In this document: piece by piece, positions 1 through 9,454 of the stretch
How the letters are laid out: the number at the start of each line of letters is the position of its first letter
How positions within the stretch are numbered: the first letter of the stretch is position 1
From: Oligoflexales bacterium
GTDB lineage: Bacteria; Bdellovibrionota_B; Oligoflexia; Oligoflexales; Bog-1112
Assembly: GCA_045105515.1 (NCBI GenBank)
Contig: JBGCDR010000177.1
Coordinates: 43,590-107,589 of the forward strand
DNA length: 64,000 bases
Reading direction: 5' to 3'
Program-made: the position numbers and the translations under genes
Notes under the pieces: model-generated
Told to the model about the DNA's origin: nothing
What the model saw: the letters and a program-made list of their open reading frames with translations, nothing else
The model's database searches: none

Positions 1-2
1 TT

Positions 3-644
3 AATACCTATGAAGCACAGGTGAATAGTAAAGATTGGATCAATAAAAATTACTTAGATCAAGAAAGAGCTAAGGTAAAGTCTATTAGTTTAGCTGGCGT
101 TAAGCTTGAGAATAATAGTGGAGACTTTGTCCTTGAGAAAACCCCTGAGGGTCAGGAAACGGATAGATCTAAGGTTAGTCCAGTCGCATCAAAAGCGATT
201 TCACCTAGTTTTGATGAAGTCTTAGGGCTTAAAGAAAAGGTTCAGTATGGTGATGAAGTATTCAGCTATGAAATCCAAGTGGGCGAGGAAGCTATCGAAT
301 ATCATTATTATAAATCTATAGCTAAATCAGAAAAGACTCAGGATGATAAAGCCAAAACTGATGCCAAAGAGAAAAAGCCAGAAGAGAAACTTGTTTTACT
401 AGTTTCAAATACACCATTTGCCTTCGAAGTGAGAAAAAACAAGATTGACTCGCTTATGACTGTTAAAGAAGCGCAGCTCCTTAAAGTCAAGAGCGCCGAA
501 AGTTCTAAGGAAGAGAAAGTGGAAGAATCTAGCGAGACAAAAAAAGATGCTTTGAATCAAAACCAGAGTGAACAATCTTCTTATGCAGGAGATGATGAAT
601 CAGAGCAAGAAGCATTAGTGTATTCTGAAGATTCAAATGAATAA
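3..644 (+). CDS. 5'-truncated protein, probably the C-terminal part of a DUF4340-type exported protein with an acidic/Lys-rich tail
   Basis: Frame is open to the window edge (no stop upstream of GTG at 21); 'DWINKNYL..RAKVKSISL' resembles DUF4340 segments; low-complexity E/K/S tail. Confidence 0.45.
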   Translation, partial: NTYEAQVNSKDWINKNYLDQERAKVKSISLAGVKLENNSGDFVLEKTPEGQETDRSKVSPVASKAISPSFDEVLGLKEKVQYGDEVFSYEIQVGEEAIEYHYYKSIAKSEKTQDDKAKTDAKEKKPEEKLVLLVSNTPFAFEVRKNKIDSLMTVKEAQLLKVKSAESSKEEKVEESSETKKDALNQNQSEQSSYAGDDESEQEALVYSEDSNE

Positions 645-660
645 AGCAAGTGCTAGTCTA

Positions 661-690
661 TGAGGGTCGGAGCTGGGAATGCTCCCCTCA
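661..690 (+). terminator. GC-rich hairpin after the first CDS
   Basis: TGAGG-gtc-GGAGC...GCTCC-CCTCA imperfect inverted repeat; weak U-tract. Confidence 0.35.
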
Positions 691-709
691 ATTTGTGAGG
701 AAATAAGCT

Positions 710-1435
710 TTGCTAGAAGTGGCAAGAGCAGATTTGCTTGATAAAGTTTTTGGCCCAGCTGGCTTTGATGGTGTCTGGTCAAAGCAAAGCCGATCTCTCT
801 TTGCCTCTGATCGATTTAAAAACCAGAAGGTTACTCTAGATCGAAATTGGGTGATTACCCCTCAAGACTATATTTGTTGCATTTGTGATCGTGATAAGTC
901 GCAATTACTAAATCAGGGAGATGGGGAGTTTTTAGCGATCTTGCACTGTGATCATGATCATATTTCCGATGTGATTCATACTAGAGCCAAGGAACTCGAG
1001 ATCTGCCAGGATATCAGGCCCTTGATTCAATCATATACTTCTTACGAACCAGTGATTGTCTGCAAAACTTGCAATTGGTTGGACTCACAGGTTAAACGAA
1101 TGTTGCCTAAGGTTCACAAATACTTCAGTTTTGCACCAAAGGAAAAGCGCCTCCTTATCAAAGAGTTTGGACGAAAGCGTCACAGAATAGATAAGAATTT
1201 GGCCCTACAAAAATGGCGTTATTATGCTAAGAGTTTTGAAGCTAAACTAGCTGCGATTGATTGTGATTTGCACGACTATGTGAACTGTGGCGGGCGCTTT
1301 ATAGGATATAACCCTAAAAAGAAACTATTTCATAGCGCTTTTGAAAGATTTTGCAATGTCAGTGGTTCCCAAGATTTTAGCTTAGATTTCCAAGAGTTTC
1401 TGCGAATTAGTATGGGATGTTCTGGTAAGCCTTAA
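710..1435 (+). CDS. HNH / endonuclease VII-like zinc-binding protein
   Basis: CICD...LHCDHDH...CKTCN motif arrangement; TTG start with GAGG RBS. Confidence 0.55.
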   Translation: MLEVARADLLDKVFGPAGFDGVWSKQSRSLFASDRFKNQKVTLDRNWVITPQDYICCICDRDKSQLLNQGDGEFLAILHCDHDHISDVIHTRAKELEICQDIRPLIQSYTSYEPVIVCKTCNWLDSQVKRMLPKVHKYFSFAPKEKRLLIKEFGRKRHRIDKNLALQKWRYYAKSFEAKLAAIDCDLHDYVNCGGRFIGYNPKKKLFHSAFERFCNVSGSQDFSLDFQEFLRISMGCSGKP

Positions 1436-1439
1436 TTTT

Positions 1440-3857
1440 CTAAGATGTTTGGGATTTAGGGTCAATCGGAACCTGAATCTCAAAGGAAGTGTGAGTGGCA
1501 TCTTGAAGAAGTTTAATGTTTCCGCCAATGGATTCAAAAATATTTTTAGCAGTAAATAAACCTAAGCCAACTCCACTACCAACTGGTTTTCCGGTTACAA
1601 ATGGGTTGAACAATGTTTCTTTTAGCTTCTCTGGAACTCCCGTACCATTGTCAGCAACGATAAAATGGATAAATTCTTCTTTTTCGGCTACTGTGATCTT
1701 AATCCATTTGGTATCAACTTTGTCTAATGCGTCTTTAGCGTTGTAAATTAGGGCAAGCATCGCTTCGATAAATGAACTTTTTATGCAATTTATGAAGACT
1801 TCTTTGGGAGGAGTTATGAAGCTTAACTCAATGTTTTCGTAAACCAATTGTGAATTGCAAAAATACAATAAGTCATTTAGTAACGATTCTACTGAGTATG
1901 ACTTCATCTCTGATGTCGAGCTCTTCAAGGTGAAGGACTGCATTTTGGTAACAATATTGCTAATCCTAGACGTAGCTTTTTTGAGTTTCTCTGAATAATT
2001 TAAGATTCTTTCACGATCTACCTCTTCCTGTTTGACGAAATGACATATGTGAGAGTTTAGTCCATCAATTATTGCTAGGGGGTTGTTGATCTCGTGGGCG
2101 ATTCCATTGGCCATGTCAATGAGCGCTTGCCATTTGACAATTTCGGCTATTTGAGTTTGTGTTTGTCGCATATGGGTAATATCTTTTACAATTATCATTA
2201 GTTTGCTGATTTTTTGGGTTTCTGAATCGATGATTGGCTGCCAGTTAATTTCAAAAGTTTTCGACTCTTCTTGTGATTTAGAACGATTAATTTCCTTTAC
2301 TAAGTTTTTTTCTTCATATACAAAGGCTTCATAGTTTTCACCGATAATTTTATTGAGTGTATCTCGGGTTTTTTTGACTTCGAATGAACCTGCATCAGAA
2401 TATGAAAATAAAAGATTAGTAGGGCTCATTAATGTAATATCATCAATTTCAAAAATTTTTTTACAGTATTCAGAATATTCGTGATGAATAACCCCACCTT
2501 CCATAATAGTTAAAATTCCTTGGTTTATATTGGAAAGTAGCGTATTTAGATCATTGGTTTTTATTGATAAACTGGTAGCTTTTTCAGCAAGCTCTTTCTT
2601 TTGCTGCTCAACCATTTTTAACATTTTGGCCATTTTTTCCCAATAAAACGATTTGTATGCAAACGTAACTATTGAGAGGCTCGTGAAGCCTATGATAGAC
2701 CAAAACCAGGGAATTATGAGATCCATATATGCAAAGCTAGCTAGCCCGGAAAGAACAATACTGCCTACTATTAATATTGTTGCTAACCAGTAGAAAAAAG
2801 AAGATAAATTAAGAGCTAATATAAAGCCTATAGCTGTCCAAGTAGTGATGTAAAGCCATTCATAAGCAGCAGAATTAATCCAAGAATTTGTAATTATACT
2901 ATTCACAATTGAGGTGATGAATATACCGCCAGGGATGTAACCGTAAGGAGAGTCATGAAAATCTGTACCACCCGTGTACATTTCTGGAAGTATGATAATA
3001 GTATCACCTTTGTTGATCGTATTTAGTTTAGCTCTAACGCTGGATAAATGCCCAACATTTCGATAAAAACTCTTAGGATCTAGTAAATTAATTAATGTAT
3101 TTCCCCTACTGTCGATCGGAAGTGCAGTCTGATTAATATAAATTTGGTTTTTGCGCTGACTTACAGAATCAGCAACAAGCATTGCAGCGTGTGGTACAAA
3201 GTAATTATCCTTGAATAAGACAAATGGAGAAAAGGTCAGTTGACCGTTGTAATTAAGTGTACCAATGTTTGAAAATGCTTCAGAAAAAATAGCATTAGGC
3301 CCATAGAAGAAACCTGTTTCCTGCCTTTTCATATTGGCTATAGGGCTGAGAATTCTAAATTTATCATGTAAAAACGAGTCCATTAGAGAGTATTTATCTA
3401 GGTCAATTTCTCTACGGTAGTTGATTTTATTTTTAGATAAAAAGGCACCTACTACGATCGGAGATTCAATATTCTCAATAAGTTCGATAGACTCTTTAAT
3501 TTTTTTATTCGGATCAGTTAAAAAACTAAATATCTTATCAATAAAAATGAGTTTTGGTTCTCTAGTGGCAAGCATTTCAAGCAAGTTTGCCCATTCATGG
3601 ATGAAGAGATTTGACCTTTTTAAGGTAGCAAGATCCTTGTCAGAAAACGCGAAAATTTTTATCTTTTTACTTAGCTTTGGGGATTTTTTGAGATATCTTT
3701 TTACATAGTATTCTGAGGATGTTGAAATTTTAAACCTTAATAATCTACCAAAATTTGTTTCTGCAACAAAATCGATACAGGTCGCATACGTGAGTACAAC
3801 CATAACCGCCCAAAGGTATTTCTTCTTTAGTGATATTTTTATCTTTTCTATATTCAT
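1440..3857 (-). CDS. CHASE2-domain membrane sensor histidine kinase (CHASE2, 3 TM, PAS-like region, HisKA, HATPase)
   Basis: H-box AHEINNPL, N-box NAKDA, DNGTG, F-box FNPFVTGK, GVGLGL; 'DFHDSPYGYIPG' followed by three TM helices is typical of CHASE2. Confidence 0.85.
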   Translation of the reverse strand: MNIEKIKISLKKKYLWAVMVVLTYATCIDFVAETNFGRLLRFKISTSSEYYVKRYLKKSPKLSKKIKIFAFSDKDLATLKRSNLFIHEWANLLEMLATREPKLIFIDKIFSFLTDPNKKIKESIELIENIESPIVVGAFLSKNKINYRREIDLDKYSLMDSFLHDKFRILSPIANMKRQETGFFYGPNAIFSEAFSNIGTLNYNGQLTFSPFVLFKDNYFVPHAAMLVADSVSQRKNQIYINQTALPIDSRGNTLINLLDPKSFYRNVGHLSSVRAKLNTINKGDTIIILPEMYTGGTDFHDSPYGYIPGGIFITSIVNSIITNSWINSAAYEWLYITTWTAIGFILALNLSSFFYWLATILIVGSIVLSGLASFAYMDLIIPWFWSIIGFTSLSIVTFAYKSFYWEKMAKMLKMVEQQKKELAEKATSLSIKTNDLNTLLSNINQGILTIMEGGVIHHEYSEYCKKIFEIDDITLMSPTNLLFSYSDAGSFEVKKTRDTLNKIIGENYEAFVYEEKNLVKEINRSKSQEESKTFEINWQPIIDSETQKISKLMIIVKDITHMRQTQTQIAEIVKWQALIDMANGIAHEINNPLAIIDGLNSHICHFVKQEEVDRERILNYSEKLKKATSRISNIVTKMQSFTLKSSTSEMKSYSVESLLNDLLYFCNSQLVYENIELSFITPPKEVFINCIKSSFIEAMLALIYNAKDALDKVDTKWIKITVAEKEEFIHFIVADNGTGVPEKLKETLFNPFVTGKPVGSGVGLGLFTAKNIFESIGGNIKLLQDATHTSFEIQVPIDPKSQTS

Positions 3858-4025
3858 CTAAAATTTTTTTTCTAATGGTTCTGTATGCCTCTCGGATAAT
3901 TTCAGACTTTTCTTTATTAATGTTGTGTTAGTGATTAAAAGAGTTTTGATGCTAGGTGTAGGAATTGAAAAAGTGGGTTAAAGATTGGCAGGGCTTAAAA
4001 TGAATATATATGAGGAATTTTTTTG

Positions 4026-5993
4026 CTAGTTTTGTTCCTCTTGGTTCGGAATTTCAGTAAATTGTTTGATCGCTGCAATATTTTCTAGCGTGCTTGTATC
4101 TCCAGATATTCTCCTTCCTGAGGCAATATCTCTTAAGAGCCTTCGCATGATTTTTCCCGATCTGGTTTTTGGAAGGGTATCGGTGAAAATAATACTATCT
4201 GGCCTGGCAAGAGCACCAATATGCTCACAAACATGTTGCTTTAGCAGTCCTGCGAGCTTTTGCGAGTCTATTCCATTTTTTAGGGTCACAAAGCAGCATA
4301 TAGCCTCTCCTTTAAGTTCGTCTGGCTTGCCAACAACAGCTGCTTCAGCTACAGATTTATGACTAACCAACGATGACTCTATTTCCATAGTGCTTAGGCG
4401 GTGTCCTGAAACATTCAAAACATCATCTATTCGTCCCATGATCCAAATGTCACCATCTTCATCAATGCGGGCTCCATCACCTGTGAAGTATTTCCCTGGG
4501 ACTTTCTCCCAGTACTGGCTTTTAAATCGGTCATGGTCTCCGTATATAGTGCGCATCATGCTGGGCCATGGTTTACTAATTACTAGGTATCCTCCCTGGT
4601 TGGTATCGACTTGTTTGCCTTGTTCATCCACTACTTGTGGAGCGATGCCAAAAAAGGGCCTGGTTGCGGAACCAGGTTTGGCGTTAGTAGCTCCCGGAAG
4701 GCCCGCAATCATGATGCTTCCTGTTTCTGTTTGCCACCAACTATCGACGATTGGACATTGTCCTTTTCCTATTGTTTTTTGATACCACATCCAAGCTTCT
4801 GGGTTTATTGGTTCACCTACGGTTCCGAGTAATTTAAGTGAACTTAGATCATATTGCTTGGGAATTTCGGGACCATATTTAATAAAGGAACGGATTGCTG
4901 TTGGAGCAGTGTAAAATTTGGAAACTTTATACTTTTCAATAAGTTGCCAGAATCGTCCCCAGTCTGGAGTATTTGGAGCCCCTTCATACATTAGAGTGCT
5001 AACACCAAGTGCAAAGGGCCCATAGATACAGTAGCTGTGCCCGGTAATCCATCCAATATCGGCGGTGCACCAATAAATATCATCATCTTTCAAATCAAAG
5101 ATGTATTTGCTTGTTACTGCGGCCCCAAGTAGATAGCCAGCAGTTGTATGAAGGATTCCTTTTGGTTTTCCAGTGCTTCCTGAAGTGTAAAGTAAAAATA
5201 GGGGGTGTTCACTATCGAATCCTGGAGCCTCACAGAGTTCTGAAGAATCTTTAATAAAATCTTGCCAGGTCAAATCATTTGCACTGTTGAAGGAGTACTT
5301 CTGTCCTGTCCGCTCCAAAACAATCACTTTCTCTAACCAGGGACAGGCTTTATGACATGCATCTACGGTGTCTTTTAGAGGGAGTTTTTTTCCTTTCCGG
5401 AATACCCCATCAGCAGTCACCACAAAACGTGACTTAGCATCGGTGAGACGAGAGATTAGTGAGTCGGAGCTGAAACCCGCAAAAACTACATTATGCATAA
5501 CTCCGATCCGAGCGCATGCTAAAATCCCAATTGTAAGCTCAGGTACCATCGGCATATAAAAAGTTACAACATCCCCAACCTTAACACCTAGGCGTTTGAA
5601 GCTATTTGCAACTTTGCAGACTTCTTTATGAAGTTCTCGGTATGTGATTTCCTTTGTGTCCCCTGGCTCTCCTTCCCAGTAAATCGCCACTTTGTCAGCT
5701 TTGCTAGGTAGATGGCGGTCTACGCAGTTGTAGCATGCGTTGATGACACCTCCTAAGAACCACTTAAAATGATAGTCTTGTTCTTGCTTAAAGACCTCTG
5801 TAAATGGTGAATACCAGTGGAGGTTTTCAGCTTGCTGTTGCCAATAACTTTCTGAGTTTTGATGGGCGCTTTGCCAAATATCTTCATACTTTGAAAGGCT
5901 GTCAACGTAAGCATTGCTTGCAAACTCTTTGGGAGGAATAAAATACCTATGTTCCTTAAGTATATTACTAATATTTTCAGACTTATTTTCCAT
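4026..5993 (-). CDS. acs: acetyl-CoA synthetase (acetate--CoA ligase)
   Basis: YTSGSTGKPKG, WWQTETG, GRIDDVLNVSGHRL, PKTRSGKIMRR motifs; ATG at 5993 has an AGGAG RBS (ORF track starts at 6053). Confidence 0.96.
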   Translation of the reverse strand: MENKSENISNILKEHRYFIPPKEFASNAYVDSLSKYEDIWQSAHQNSESYWQQQAENLHWYSPFTEVFKQEQDYHFKWFLGGVINACYNCVDRHLPSKADKVAIYWEGEPGDTKEITYRELHKEVCKVANSFKRLGVKVGDVVTFYMPMVPELTIGILACARIGVMHNVVFAGFSSDSLISRLTDAKSRFVVTADGVFRKGKKLPLKDTVDACHKACPWLEKVIVLERTGQKYSFNSANDLTWQDFIKDSSELCEAPGFDSEHPLFLLYTSGSTGKPKGILHTTAGYLLGAAVTSKYIFDLKDDDIYWCTADIGWITGHSYCIYGPFALGVSTLMYEGAPNTPDWGRFWQLIEKYKVSKFYTAPTAIRSFIKYGPEIPKQYDLSSLKLLGTVGEPINPEAWMWYQKTIGKGQCPIVDSWWQTETGSIMIAGLPGATNAKPGSATRPFFGIAPQVVDEQGKQVDTNQGGYLVISKPWPSMMRTIYGDHDRFKSQYWEKVPGKYFTGDGARIDEDGDIWIMGRIDDVLNVSGHRLSTMEIESSLVSHKSVAEAAVVGKPDELKGEAICCFVTLKNGIDSQKLAGLLKQHVCEHIGALARPDSIIFTDTLPKTRSGKIMRRLLRDIASGRRISGDTSTLENIAAIKQFTEIPNQEEQN

Positions 5994-6094
5994 GGACAGG
6001 CTCCTTTTCTGATTGCCATAGGACTGAGCCAAAAATTTCAGTCTAGAAGTCAATCAAGGTTCAGTCCAGAGAAAGTAGAGAATAGACATTGTAT

Positions 6095-7294
6095 TTATAT
6101 TGTAAGCAAGGTATCGATGCATTTGTCTAAAGAGAAAAAATTCTTGTAGGTTTGTATCGCATTTTTACTTAAAGCTTCTCTAGCTTGTGGACTTATAATT
6201 AAGTCTTCTGTAATCCTTAAAAATAAGTCATTTTTTTGTACTGGAACCAGTTTTACGCAAGAGCTTTTTTCCCAAATCATTTCTGTATTGGGCCCCAAAG
6301 TGGTTATGATAGGTTTGCCGTGGGACAAGCCGACCATCGCACTTGTTCGGCTGGTATCGACGCCTCGTGGATAGGGTTGAACCATAAGATCGCATGCCTG
6401 TAGGTGTGCTGAAAGGGCTGCCATATCAAGCTCTCCAGCTTTTTCTAGTTGAGCTTCCAATTGAGGAAAGTCTTTTTTCAATTGAACCACAAACTCATCG
6501 CTGCCACGTCCTAAAAATAACCAAACTCTGTCTGGGTGACTCAGAAGGCCGGGAATCAATTTTCTAATTTTCTTGTTAATACCCTTGTCATAGAAGCTTC
6601 CAAAAGTTCCAATTACAGCTTTCGCATGAGGAGCAAAGGCTTTTCTCAAGTTTATAGCTCTTTGCCTGTTTTCCATCCAGAGCACATTACTAGGTACAGG
6701 TAGCCAAATGATTTGTTTTATTTTAGGCTTACTCAGCCCTTGGAGAAGTGGTATCCAATTAGGAGTAGATACAAAAATTTCTTGGCTAAGACCGATGGTT
6801 TTTTTTAGCTTGGCTCTCTCTTTTGTTCTTTTCCAGTAGCGACCAAGAGCGAGTAATTTCCTCTCAGCTTTTGATGTGGTTCGATGGACAACCAAGCCAA
6901 TACGATCGCCTCTGTTGTAGCTTTTTTCCATCCAGCTTTGAAGAGGCAGGTTCAAGGCATCTCCAAATGCATCAGGAGTATACTGGATCAAGATGCGTTT
7001 TCGGCCACCAATGGTCGCGAATTCCCGCTCTAAATGGTCAAAACATTGTTCATCCCATCCCCCTGGAAGGGCATGAACGATTACGCCCTTTGCCAAGTTT
7101 GAGGCTATTCCAGCACCAGATGCATGGCCAAACCAGACATGCACATCCTGCTGTGACCGCTGAAGTCCTAGACTTATATTGATCGTGTGAGCCCCAATAC
7201 TACTTTTAAAGCTCGGTTCGAATGCTGATAGTAAATGCCAGCTGCAGGGAACATCGTCCGATTCGTTTACAAGATCATTACCCAAGGTTTTCAC
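6095..7294 (-). CDS. GT-B glycosyltransferase (GT4-like)
   Basis: IQYTP, PVPSN, GTFG, 'LQACDLMVQPYPRGVDTSRTSAMVGLSHGKPIITT' C-terminal GT4-like segment. Confidence 0.8.
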   Translation of the reverse strand: MKTLGNDLVNESDDVPCSWHLLSAFEPSFKSSIGAHTINISLGLQRSQQDVHVWFGHASGAGIASNLAKGVIVHALPGGWDEQCFDHLEREFATIGGRKRILIQYTPDAFGDALNLPLQSWMEKSYNRGDRIGLVVHRTTSKAERKLLALGRYWKRTKERAKLKKTIGLSQEIFVSTPNWIPLLQGLSKPKIKQIIWLPVPSNVLWMENRQRAINLRKAFAPHAKAVIGTFGSFYDKGINKKIRKLIPGLLSHPDRVWLFLGRGSDEFVVQLKKDFPQLEAQLEKAGELDMAALSAHLQACDLMVQPYPRGVDTSRTSAMVGLSHGKPIITTLGPNTEMIWEKSSCVKLVPVQKNDLFLRITEDLIISPQAREALSKNAIQTYKNFFSLDKCIDTLLTI

Positions 7295-7332
7295 TTTCTG
7301 TTTAAGCTGTGAATGGCAAAGTCAACAAAGCT

Positions 7333-7884
7333 TTATCTATCAAGCTTTATCTGTTTAAGTCCATCTTGAACCCAATGATGGATCAAATTTCTTTCTGCCT
7401 TGGATAGGCCTGCTTGCCAAAAGATGATGGTCCACCACGGAGGAGGCATGGAACCTTGGCAGATGCTTTGGTCAAGATCAAGCAATGATTTGAGAATGGA
7501 TTTTGTACCGATGAAAGGAAAGCCAACGCTAAGATCAAGAGCCTTGAGAGCTCTTTTAAAATTTCTATTTATTAGCTTATTAATGACAGGCATCTTAAAA
7601 TACCATTTTATTTTATGATTAGGTGTGTGGCAGCCAAAGCATTTGCGTGAAAATATCGGCTCTATTTCATGGATATAATCCTTTTCAAGTGAGCTTATGA
7701 CTGAATAGGATGGAACATTGTGTATACCTTCAACGAATGCCGATGCAGGTTTTTTAGGTAATGAACTATGCCCAACTGAGAAAGCTAGGGTAGGAGCAAC
7801 AATGAATAATGCTTGGATAATGTGAATTACGAGCTTTTGTAGATTGTGAGAATAAGTATTGTTGAGTCTAAGTAGTTTTTCCAT
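7333..7884 (-). CDS. haem-binding domain protein (single c-type haem, Haem_bd-like)
   Basis: CFGCH haem motif, WY..MP, GSMPP..W and LS..ER.LI..W pattern; N-terminal signal/TM. Confidence 0.75.
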   Translation of the reverse strand: MEKLLRLNNTYSHNLQKLVIHIIQALFIVAPTLAFSVGHSSLPKKPASAFVEGIHNVPSYSVISSLEKDYIHEIEPIFSRKCFGCHTPNHKIKWYFKMPVINKLINRNFKRALKALDLSVGFPFIGTKSILKSLLDLDQSICQGSMPPPWWTIIFWQAGLSKAERNLIHHWVQDGLKQIKLDR

Positions 7885-7896
7885 TGACCATCAGTT

Positions 7897-8418
7897 TCAG
7901 GAAGCTTGGCTGCCATCATCATCTTTGGGCTCAGGGCTGCTGCCTTGTTTACCTGCTAAAGTGTCGGATAGATCATTTAAATCTTGAGCAAGCTCTTCGA
8001 AAGCATCACCTTTGCGTAGGATTGTTTTTGCAAAAAACTCACCTTTTCCTAAAGCTTTTACATGCCTACGAAAAGCATAAGTAGGGCCTATCATCTTGTG
8101 GGTATACCATACGGAAATAGTCAAATTAATAGCAATGTAGAGAGAAATAGTAAGGAGAATCCACCAGGACATGTCCTGGACGTAATTAAGCAGGACTTCT
8201 TCAACTTCATCTTCAACATCTGTTAGCTGTACGATCAACGAGACTATCTCGCCCATCTTAACATAAACAATACTAACCAATGAGGTTAGAAGCAGGATTG
8301 CTAGTAGGACCATGTAAGCACCTAGCCTAATCTGAATATTGGGCATCAAAAGGAAGTTTTTTATCCTGCGCGCTGACCTGCCTTGTTCTCCACTTCGGGT
8401 TTCGGTGTTTTCGCCCAT
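7897..8418 (-). CDS. small 2-TM protein with C-terminal HAMP-like segment
   Basis: Two hydrophobic helices, then THKMIGP...LRKGDAFEELAQDLN. Confidence 0.6.
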   Translation of the reverse strand: MGENTETRSGEQGRSARRIKNFLLMPNIQIRLGAYMVLLAILLLTSLVSIVYVKMGEIVSLIVQLTDVEDEVEEVLLNYVQDMSWWILLTISLYIAINLTISVWYTHKMIGPTYAFRRHVKALGKGEFFAKTILRKGDAFEELAQDLNDLSDTLAGKQGSSPEPKDDDGSQAS

Positions 8419-8441
8419 ATCAAGTGTTCCTATATAGTTTA

Positions 8442-9413
8442 TTAAAAAGCATTGAAATCAAAAGTTAGTTTGCCGACCATGTTGCGACCAATTGAAAATT
8501 GCATCCCTTTCAGTTCCTGATGAATACAGTTTACTAGCTGAGAGTCATTAAGTGTTCCGCCGATATGACGAATTTTGCTCATCGTTCCTGTACTTTTTAC
8601 TAGAATGAATCCATATACGATTTTACCACGTAGATTTCCTGTGTCATCTAGGCGGTTTTTGTAGCACTTACGAAAATATGGGTCATGGGAAACTATAATT
8701 TGATTCACAGCTCTTGCTTTATTATTGTCCTTAAGCAAGTCCAGAGTCCATTTCAATGAAATTGTTCTGATCATCCGTGTTTGAACTCTTAATTCGTCCT
8801 TTTTTTCATAGTTATTTTTAGCTTTTTCGATGAGTTGCTTACCCGCTAAGACCTTTTGGACTGCACCTGTAAAACCGTTGAAAACAGCAGCTGCAGAATC
8901 TTCTGCACGATTTCCGTTTGACTTATAGGTGTTTTTACCCATACGGAACTTGACATCTAAACTATTTTTGTTTTTCAGGCTGACTTTCCATTTACCAAAA
9001 TTAGAAATGCTTAATCTTTTTACAAGCAGACTTCTGCGGTTTTTACGACTTGACTTCCAAATCAACCTAGCAGATCCCGTGGTGACTTCTATTGCAACAA
9101 TGAAATATTTTCCTGATGGCACTTTCCAAACAGAAGGAGAAGTTCCTGGCTCAAATTTATCAAAACTCTCAGTGAGCTTGAACTTTTTCTTGCTTAGAGG
9201 ATTATAAAAAATCAATGAAACCTTAGTATTGACATTTAGTTTTGATCCTAGGCCTTGTGGCTCAAGATAAACATAGAAAGCACCTTCCTTTTTGCTAAAA
9301 TATTCACCTTGCCATGAGAAAATATTTGCCAATGCAGCAAAAGATTGCTGTTGTGAAAGTAAAAGCAAGTTGATGCTTATTACAATTTTTGATGCTTTTA
9401 GGAAGAAAGACAT
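8442..9413 (-). CDS. exported protein with AgmX/PglI-type (TonB_C-like) C-terminal domain
   Basis: Signal peptide; C-terminal 'FRKCYKNRL...LRGKI...F...G....GTLND..LVNCI...LK.MQF' pattern. Confidence 0.6.
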   Translation of the reverse strand: MSFFLKASKIVISINLLLLSQQQSFAALANIFSWQGEYFSKKEGAFYVYLEPQGLGSKLNVNTKVSLIFYNPLSKKKFKLTESFDKFEPGTSPSVWKVPSGKYFIVAIEVTTGSARLIWKSSRKNRRSLLVKRLSISNFGKWKVSLKNKNSLDVKFRMGKNTYKSNGNRAEDSAAAVFNGFTGAVQKVLAGKQLIEKAKNNYEKKDELRVQTRMIRTISLKWTLDLLKDNNKARAVNQIIVSHDPYFRKCYKNRLDDTGNLRGKIVYGFILVKSTGTMSKIRHIGGTLNDSQLVNCIHQELKGMQFSIGRNMVGKLTFDFNAF

Positions 9414-9454
9414 AAGTGTGATTAGAGTTGTTGAGTTGTTTAATACTGAGGATT

